This document shows, in pieces, positions 1-5,746 of a stretch of 6,052 nt of DNA; the stretch's first letter is position 1, and every line of letters begins with the position of its first letter. The stretch covers positions 1 to 6,052 of the forward strand of contig NW_021829701.1 of assembly GCF_006345805.1 (NCBI RefSeq). The letters run 5' to 3'. This stretch comes from Octopus sinensis. Lineage: Eukaryota. The position numbers were made by a program, and so were the translations under genes. Below the pieces are notes generated by a model, which searched no databases, had not been told where the DNA came from, and saw only the letters and a program-made list of their open reading frames with translations.

Positions 1-337
1 TATATATAGTATTATATTGTATTACAATTTTTCGTGTATATATGTATGCAAGCATGTATAGCTGTATATACGCCTTTATACCGCAATTAGTGAATAATAG
101 CGATGCTGGTTACAGGTTTCCAGCTGGCCAATCAATGGTTCACTGCATTTATGATTGTCACAGAAACAAGAGCGTCTGGAATTCTATGCAGAATAAACAC
201 CTCAAAAGTCATCGTTCGTAAAATACCGGGAATTTTTTTTTTACGATATTCTCACAGTTGTTTATGTCCCTTGCCGCTATACATCAGTGAAAGACACTTA
301 CTTACACACATATAGACACACTTTAACTGTGCATATG

Positions 338-340
<3 letters not shown>

Positions 341-383
<43 letters not shown>
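341..383. repeat. (TA)n microsatellite, ~21 units
   Basis: Uninterrupted TA dinucleotide run read directly from the sequence. Confidence 0.97.
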
Positions 384-385
<2 letters not shown>

Positions 386-678
386 ACTTACAGATGTATG
401 TGTGTCTCTGTCTATATGTAGATAGATAAATATATAGATACATTTATGCGTGTGCTGTCCATAAATTATCTTTACAATTTGAAAAATTCAGAATAAAATG
501 AAAAATAAGCTTAGCTCATCAGAGTTCATTGATAAAACGAATAAACTTCTATTCGAAACATTAGAACACTTCCCCTTGGGATCTATTAATTGCACGCAAC
601 GTACATACGCGATACAATACAATAAATTGTGGAAGTTGTAACGATAATTTATGATATATATATACATATATATATATA

Positions 679-705
679 CAGTTGCGGCCAAAATGTTCAG
701 AACGG
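679..705 (+). repeat. Left terminal inverted repeat of the Tc1 element (27 bp)
   Basis: 25/27 identity to the reverse complement of 2081-2107; preceded by TA. Confidence 0.95.
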
Positions 706-875
706 CATTGTTTTCGTCAGGAAAGTAGATATCATTTTTTATCAAGTTGTTTTATATTCTATAATTTTCACAGACAATAAATACGATATTATTTGTTATT
801 GCCTGAGATTTTGGTGTAATTTTAGAGGATAATACAAAGTTATGGATGATTTAGTGCTTTACTGCAAAACCCATG

Positions 876-900
876 GCGGCCAAAATGATCAGAACGGTTG
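876..900 (+). repeat. Internal direct repeat of the TIR core (putative inner transposase-binding site)
   Basis: GCGGCCAAAATGATCAGAACGGTTG matches the left TIR core (684-705) at 21/22 and the reverse complement of the right end (2078-2102) at 24/25. It starts 192 bp inside the outer copy. Confidence 0.88.
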
Positions 901-1018
901 CTTTTACTCCGTGTTTTAGTATATTTAACCGGCGAACTCTAATGTTTTGAATTTGTTTACGTGACGGTTCGTTTACTAAACATTAGTAAGAATATTTGCA
1001 GTGTACTTTGTTAATATA

Positions 1019-2031
1019 ATGCCACTTACTCCGTTACCAATTCGTCAGCAGATTATTAAGCTTCGAAGGAAGGATAATTTAAGTATTGGATCTATTGCAA
1101 AGATTGTTAACAAGTCAAAAAGTGTTGTACACGGTATTCTTAAGGTTTACGATGATTGTGGTTCGTGTGAAGCATGAATGTTTACAGGTAGGCCAAGAAA
1201 TATGACCAAGAGAGAAGATCGTGCTATGGTAAAGTTGGTTAAAAAGGACAGATTTAAAACTGCTGCTGCTGTTACTCGGAAAATGAGCATTGTATTGAAG
1301 AAAACTTTATCTCGAAAAACTGTGTCTCGTCGTTAAGTTGAACATGACCTACAAGCAAGAGCACCTGCAGTGAAGCCACTAATCAGCTTCAAGAATAAAA
1401 AGTGTCGTCTTACCTTTGCAGCCGAACATGTGATGTGGTCTCAAGAAAAATGGCAAACGGTGCATTTCAGTGATGAATCTAAGTTTATGCTATTTGGCTC
1501 AGATGGGAAAAGGTACGTTCTTAGAAATGTAGGTGAAAAATTGTTGCCTAAATGCCTTAAGACTAGTGTTAAATTCGGTGGAGGAAGTGTCATGGTTTGA
1601 GGAATGATATCTGGAGATGGTGTGGGCCCTTTGGTGCGATTACATGGAAAGTTAAATGCAGGAGTTTATAAACAACTTGTTAAAAGATCATGTCTTGCCT
1701 GTGCTGAGAAATTCAACTAAGCGACCACCCATATTCAGGCAGGACAATGCCCCATGTCACAAGGCTAAGGTGGTCATGAACTTCCTCAAGGCTGAAAAGG
1801 TTATTGTTATGGATTGCTCAGCTCAAAGCCCAGATCCCAATCCTATTGAAAATGTGTGGAATTTCTAGGAGAACGTTCGAAAGCCAGAATCTAAAACAAC
1901 TGAGCAATTATGGAATGCCTTTCAGGAAGAAGGATAAGATCACCCAGCAAGAAATTGAAAATTTAATTTCCTCATGCAGTCGAAGATGTCAGAGTGTGAT
2001 TGAAGCTAAAGGGCTTCACACTAAATATTAA
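1019..2031 (+). pseudogene. Tc1-like DD34E transposase pseudogene (~338 aa when reconstructed)
   Basis: ATG 1019 opens MPLTPLPIRQQIIKLRRKDNLSIGSIAKIVNKSKSVVHGIL (paired-like HTH), followed by GRPR (1187-1198), WQTVHFSDESKF (D at 1472-1474), KFGGGSVMV*G, FRQDNAPCH (D at 1743-1745), SPDPNPIENVW (E at 1848-1850; 34 residues between D and E) and the C-terminus CQSVIEAKGLHTKY* (stop 2029-2031). Lesions: in-frame stops at 1175, 1334 and 1598 (the W of MVWG); inferred frameshifts of +1 in the A-run at 1682-1685, -1 near 1861, -2 near 1889 and -2 near 1932. Track ORFs 1370-1600, 1656-1868 and 1804-2031 are pieces of this gene. Confidence 0.96.
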
Positions 2032-2080
2032 ATAATTCCAGTATTCTCTGTCATTTTTGATTATTTTGTTATTTTTTCAA

Positions 2081-2104
2081 CCGTTCTGATCATTTTGGCT
2101 GCAA

Positions 2105-2107
<3 letters not shown>
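2081..2107 (-). repeat. Right terminal inverted repeat of the Tc1 element (27 bp)
   Basis: CCGTTCTGATCATTTTGGCTGCAACTG followed by TA. Confidence 0.95.

Positions 2108-2147
<40 letters not shown>
2108..2147. repeat. (TA)20 microsatellite abutting the right TIR
   Basis: Perfect TA run. A shorter TA-rich run (about 655-678) abuts the left TIR. Confidence 0.97.
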
Positions 2148-2152
<5 letters not shown>

Positions 2153-2340
2153 GGATATAGCAAGAATTTTTCTTGCCTATATGCTGAAAACAGACGCCAA
2201 TCATCTCACGACCTAAAAGTCGCAAATTTACACACGTGCCGAATTGAAGCAACAAGCTAACGGAAAATAATAATATAGATAGCTCCAGATTAGCTAATTT
2301 CTGGATTTTCTCAATGGCTTTTCCTTTTTCAGCAAGGTAC

Positions 2341-2388
2341 ACACACACACACCACACCAACACACACACACCACACACCACGCAACAC

Positions 2389-2421
<33 letters not shown>

Positions 2422-2445
2422 ATATATAGATATATATTATTATAT
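2341..2445. repeat. Compound imperfect (CA)n-(TA)n microsatellite
   Basis: CA-rich 2341-2389, then TA-rich to 2445. Confidence 0.93.
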
Positions 2446-2490
2446 CACACGCCGATGATAGGTTAATACCTTGAAACTCGAGTCCGTGTG
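2446..2490 (+). ncRNA. Minimal type I hammerhead ribozyme (PLE/retrozyme-like), with core variant U4C
   Basis: Stem I CACACG(2446-2451)/CGTGTG(2485-2490); core CCGATGA (2452-2458, consensus CUGANGA); stem II AGGT/ACCT with TAAT loop (2460-2471) closed by a U.U pair; GAAA 2473-2476; stem III is the palindrome ACTCGAGT (2476-2483); GUC cleavage triplet 2482-2484. All parts occur in the correct order and spacing. Confidence 0.8.
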
Positions 2491-2654
2491 TATCATAAGT
2501 TGAAGACGGGAAGGATGACTTCCCTTCACAAACACTGATAGGGCACAGAAAGTGTGTCTATAGCCAGCTGGAGGAGGTATCTTCCTGGGCTATAAACTAC
2601 AGTAGCATCCACCCTTAGGGGTTAGCCATATTCAAATGGCAAATATGCGTCACG
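2446..2654 (+). mobile_element. Hammerhead-bearing non-coding cassette, probably a solo PLE pseudo-LTR or retrozyme monomer
   Basis: A 209-bp island of higher GC bounded on both sides by (TA)n. It starts exactly at hammerhead stem I, contains several further hairpins and has no ORF. The element class is inferred from the ribozyme type. Confidence 0.55.
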
Positions 2655-2897
2655 ATATATATATATATACATATATACCTATGATAACAACAAACAACGA
2701 CAACAAAAGCAATAATATCCACATTCAACACTGGTCTCTTTCAGCACAGATTTCACGCAGGGTCTTACCCACATATATGTACAAGTGCCAAAGTCGTGAC
2801 GTAGCTTGCACCAGCGAAACGTGGGAGCTACGACTCGGAATACTTTCCTACGGCAAACTGCCGCATACATTTTTATTTTTGCTTAAGCACATATATA

Positions 2898-3339
2898 GGC
2901 GCAGGCATGGCTGTGTGCTAAAGAAGTTTGCTTCCTAACTACATGGCTCCGGGATCAATCCCACTGCGTGACACCTGAGTTAAATGTATTCTGCTCTAGC
3001 CTCGGGTCAACCAAAGGTCTTTTTTTTATTTCATCTAGTTTCAGCTCACGAGCTGTGACCATGTTGGGACACCGCCATTGTGAGTGAAACTGAAAGAAGC
3101 ACATTCTACTCGTGTGTGTGGGTGTGTGTGTATGTGTGTGTGTGTTATGTTGTCAGTGTTTGTCCCCCACCAGCGCTTGACAATCGATGTTTGTGCGTTT
3201 ACGTCGCCTTGACTTAACGGTTTTGCAAAAGAGATCGATAGAATAAGTACCAAACTTAAAAAGCAATGAGTCTTTGTTCACTTAAAAGCCATCAAGTCGG
3301 TGCTTCAGAATGGCCGCAGTCAGATGACTGAAACAAGTA
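2898..3339 (+). mobile_element. tRNA-derived SINE, family A (CORE-like segment, internal GT microsatellite), degenerate copy with an internal insertion
   Basis: tRNA-like head GGCGCAGGCATGGCTGTGTG with A-box-like TGGCTGTGTGCTA (2908-2920) and B-box-like GGATCAATCCC (2952-2962); CORE-like block ~2969-3006; (GT)n ~3112-3145; 3' end GGCCGCAGTCAGATGACTGAAACAAGTA. It is collinear with the reverse complement of 5762-6052 and lacks 14 bp (GATTTAGTAGACGG) present in that copy. Confidence 0.88.
3020..3077 (-). mobile_element. ~58-bp 5'-truncated poly(A)-tailed retroposon 3' end inserted antisense into the SINE A copy
   Basis: The reverse complement is TGGCGGTGTCCCAACATGGTCACAGCTCGTGAGCTGAAACTAGATGAAATAAAAAAAA, homologous to the SINE A 3' tail. 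The second SINE A copy reads CCAAAGCC-TTGTGAGTG contiguously at this point, which shows this block is an insertion. Confidence 0.85.
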
Positions 3340-3490
3340 TCAGACAACAGATAACAGATATTTTCGAGTCGTACTTGTCCGGCCAATGATTTTCTCCAAG
3401 ACTGTATGTTGAAACAAAAGCAATTACAACGTGAAAGACGCGCTTAAGCCACATACTTGACGTAATTGTTTATTATGTGGTGTGAAAAAA

Positions 3491-3704
3491 GTAGCGAGCT
3501 GGCGCAATCGTTACCGCACCGCTCAAACTGCTTAGCAACATTTTATCTTTCTTTATGCTCTGAGTTCAAATACCACCGAAGTCGATTTTTGTATTTCGTC
3601 TTTTTATGATCGTAAAACTAAGTACCAGTCAAATACTGGAGTCGATGTATTCGACTACCCCGTCCCACCAAATTTCAGGCTTTGTGCCTACGGTAGAAAG
3701 GATT
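3491..3704 (+). mobile_element. tRNA-derived SINE, family B (Deu/Nin-like body), old degenerate copy
   Basis: Head GCGAGCTGGCGCAATCGTTA, B box GTTCAAATACC (3564-3574), body CCGAAGTCGA...TAAGTACCAGTCAAATACTGGAGTCGATGTATTCGACT, and tail CAAATTTCAGGCTTTGTGCCTACGGTAGAAAGGATT. It aligns with 4125-4341 and with the reverse complement of 3773-4011. Confidence 0.85.
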
Positions 3705-3772
3705 TGATCTCAAAATTTTCGACGCACTCTCTGCGATCTGATCAATGGTGCAAGTTTTGGTGCTGAATTATA

Positions 3773-4011
3773 TATATCTTTACTACCCACAAGGGGCTAA
3801 ACACAGAGGAGACAAACAAGGACAGACAAACGGATTAAGTCGATTACATCGACTCCAGTGCGTAACTGGTACTTAATTTATCGACCTCGAAAGGATAAAA
3901 GGCAAAGTAGACCTCGGCGGAATTTGAACACGGAACGTAACGACAGACGAAATACGACTACGCATTTCGCCCAGCGTGCTAACGTTTCTGCCAGCTCGCC
4001 GCCTTATATGA
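3773..4011 (-). mobile_element. tRNA-derived SINE, family B, probably recent copy with a 12-bp target-site duplication
   Basis: The reverse complement starts GGCGGCGAGCTGGCAGAAACGTTAGCACG (5' end at 4003), has B box GTTCAAATTCC (3919-3929) and body CTTTGCCTTTTATCCTTTCGAGGTCGATAAATTAAGTACCAG. The perfect direct repeat TGCTGAATTATA at 3761-3772 and 4012-4023 flanks it. Confidence 0.92.
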
Positions 4012-4048
4012 TGCTGAATTATAATTAAATAAAGTTAACAATTAGTGT

Positions 4049-4491
4049 GTATTTTTGAATGGCTAAGACCTGTCCTCCACGCTGTAATTTCGTAAATAGT
4101 TTGTAATTAATAAAATACAAATTCAGCGAACTGGTAGATTTATTAACACACTGGTAAAATGCTGAGCAGTATTTCTTCCGGCTTTACGTTCTGAGTTCAA
4201 ATTCCACCGAAGTCGACTTTGCTTATTCATCTTTACGAGGTCGATAAAATTAGTACCAGTTGATCACTAAAACCGATGTTCTCGAATAGCCACCACCCGC
4301 CAAACATTTCAGTTGTTGTGAGTACAGTAGAACGAACTATTTAGCAGCAAAATGTTCGTCACACTGTCACTAACACAAGTTTTGACACTAGGTAATAAAT
4401 GGTTGACGTTTATAGTTTCTCTGTGGTATTTTGAATGGCTAAAATGTGCCTTCACGCTGTATTGCATGAATATTTGTAATTAATAACAAAT
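4049..4491 (+). repeat. Imperfect ~70-bp direct repeat pair (4049-4122 and 4426-4491)
   Basis: Shared blocks TTTTGAATGGCTAA, CACGCTGTA and TTTGTAATTAATAA occur in the same order with near-identical spacing. Confidence 0.8.
4125..4341 (+). mobile_element. tRNA-derived SINE, family B, degenerate copy
   Basis: Head AGCGAACTGGTAGA, B box GTTCAAATTCC (4195-4205), body CCGAAGTCGACTTTGCTTATTCATCTTTACGAGGTCGATAAAATTAGTACCAG, and a tail resembling that of 3491-3704 (CAAACATTTCAG...GTAGAACGAACTATT). Confidence 0.85.
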
Positions 4492-4862
4492 GAAAAGATA
4501 TATATCGCTGCTAAAATTCAATGGAAAGAATTACAGGCAGCCAGTGGAAATGGGTTGTGAAAAATCATATGAATTCAGGAGAGAAATCATAATTTTATGC
4601 TCCATAAGACAAAGGACAGAACGTGACAGACGAAGTTATTCATCCAGTGATAGCCACACGTATGACATTTACTATCATTTTGACGATTGACCGAACGGTC
4701 AAACTAGACTAGACAGAGCCGAACATTCATTAGGTATTCGTGTCAAGAGCAGGACATAACGACGTGTGCATGATTTTTAAAAGAAAGTTTCATTTCGACA
4801 ATTACTCTACAAGTTTCAACTGTGTATGTAAAAACAATATTATCGGACACTAAATACGAAAG

Positions 4863-4964
4863 CACGCACACACATGTATACAAACATCACACATGTACAC
4901 GCAAGCACACACATATACACATCTATACATATATAAATTGCATACATATGTATATGTACATATA

Positions 4965-5002
<38 letters not shown>

Positions 5003-5086
5003 TATATATAATAATATATATATATATATATATCATATACACATACGTGGGCATACATGTAAACACACACACACACACACACACAC
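4863..5086. repeat. Large compound (CA)/(TA) low-complexity microsatellite
   Basis: CA-rich to TA-rich to CA-rich run. It produces the spurious I/Y/H/T-rich ORFs in the track. Confidence 0.93.
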
Positions 5087-5315
5087 GCAAAGGAATTTAC
5101 AGGTATGGCGGGGCCAAATTCTAGTTACCGTCCCTGGCAGATTTGACTGAGGAGATTCAGGCACCTTTGGCGCTAAATTCGAAGTCGTGATATCAAATCA
5201 AATTAACCAGCATTCCTCTTGCATCCTTGTCGGATGTAAGACGCTATTCTTGTCCACTAAAATGTTTTGCTATCATGCCTGTATTAATTTTGTGATTCTT
5301 CTATGGTTCAGAAAT

Positions 5316-5579
5316 ATAACCATCAGCGAGGAGACAACACTCCATAGCCCGTGGGCCCTACAGCACACGTTCGGCGGAGATTTTGACATTTATTTTTTTC
5401 CGTGTCTGCCGAGAATGGGCGGAGGTGGCATCGCGGTGCTTCTTCAGAAGAGTGTGGACCTCAAAGTAAGAGCAATTTTCCCAGACCCGGAGGGTGGGTT
5501 GGTCGTCTTGGCTGTCGATGGCAGTAATGGGTGTGCTTTTCGACTGATAACAGTTTATGCATCATCCTTAACAGGTCAA
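5316..5579 (+). pseudogene. Fragment of a non-LTR retrotransposon ORF2 APE-type endonuclease domain (L1/Tx1-like)
   Basis: Within ORF 5187-5606: ITISEETTL (xxSET motif), GGGGIAVLLQKSVDLKV, DPEGGLVVLAV and FRLITVYA, which follow the order G-V-A-V-L / D-x-x-G-R-L-V / V-Y-A-P of LINE endonucleases. GC rises sharply over the same interval. There is no reverse transcriptase or 3' end nearby, and clade assignment is less certain than the domain call. Confidence 0.78.
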
Positions 5580-5746
5580 CCACACATGAAACAGCCTATG
5601 AGATGACTCCGTTGTCTTTTTTTTTCTGCACATCAACTGTCTACAAAGAATGTATTTACATACTTCCTAAACTCACACTAAGGCTCATATTAATGAATTT
5701 CATTTTGCATTTCTGACTTACACTCTGCTGTGTATAAATAGTTTGA

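Larger units (their letters stand above)
679..2107 (+). mobile_element. Full-length, non-functional Tc1-family (Tc1/mariner, DD34E) DNA transposon, 1429 bp
   Basis: The left end CAGTTGCGGCCAAAATGTTCAGAACGG (679-705) and the reverse complement of the right end (2081-2107), CAGTTGCAGCCAAAATGATCAGAACGG, match at 25/27. Both ends are flanked by TA (677-678, 2108-2109), start with the CAGT typical of Tc1, and enclose a transposase pseudogene. Confidence 0.96.

Noticed and set aside
103-315. 70-aa ORF and a possible exon after TTACAG at 111-116
   Set aside because: No recognisable motif in any frame, no convincing donor site, and the ORF runs into low-complexity sequence.
516-555. Minus-strand CTGATGA (516-522) near hairpin CGAATA-N6-TATTCG (538-555) as a possible hammerhead
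   Set aside because: There is no GAAA and no stem III/UH in a compatible position on that strand.
252-832. Track ORFs 252-443, 488-745 and 629-832
   Set aside because: They are produced by TA microsatellites (IY repeats) and the non-coding left end of the transposon.
2061-2390. 109-aa minus-strand ORF
   Set aside because: It is stitched from a CA repeat, a short unique spacer, a TA repeat and the TIR, with no domain signal.
2532-2558. CTGATAG...GAAAGTGTGTC as a second hammerhead inside the cassette
   Set aside because: The core is CUGAUAG rather than CUGANGA, and neither stem II nor stem III can form.
2898-2970. tRNA genes at the SINE heads (also 3491-3580, 3915-4003 and 4125-4210)
   Set aside because: A and B boxes are present, but there is no complete cloverleaf, and each continues into a SINE body.
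2636-3253. Track ORFs 2636-2938, 2679-2870 and 3041-3253
   Set aside because: They cross microsatellite and SINE boundaries and show no protein-family features.
4490-5150. Track ORFs 4490-4690, 4822-5124, 4840-5082 and 4893-5150
   Set aside because: The first is short with no motif; the others are translations of the compound CA/TA microsatellite.
5103-5190. GC-richer stretch superficially resembling an HDV-like (CPEB3-type) ribozyme
   Set aside because: I could not assign consistent P1, P2, P3 and P1.1 pairings; L3 would be far too long.
5711-5735. Minus-strand GTAAGT donor with a nearby CAG acceptor (possible micro-exon)
   Set aside because: It would be only 3-6 nt long, abuts a SINE tail, and such motifs are expected by chance without transcript evidence.
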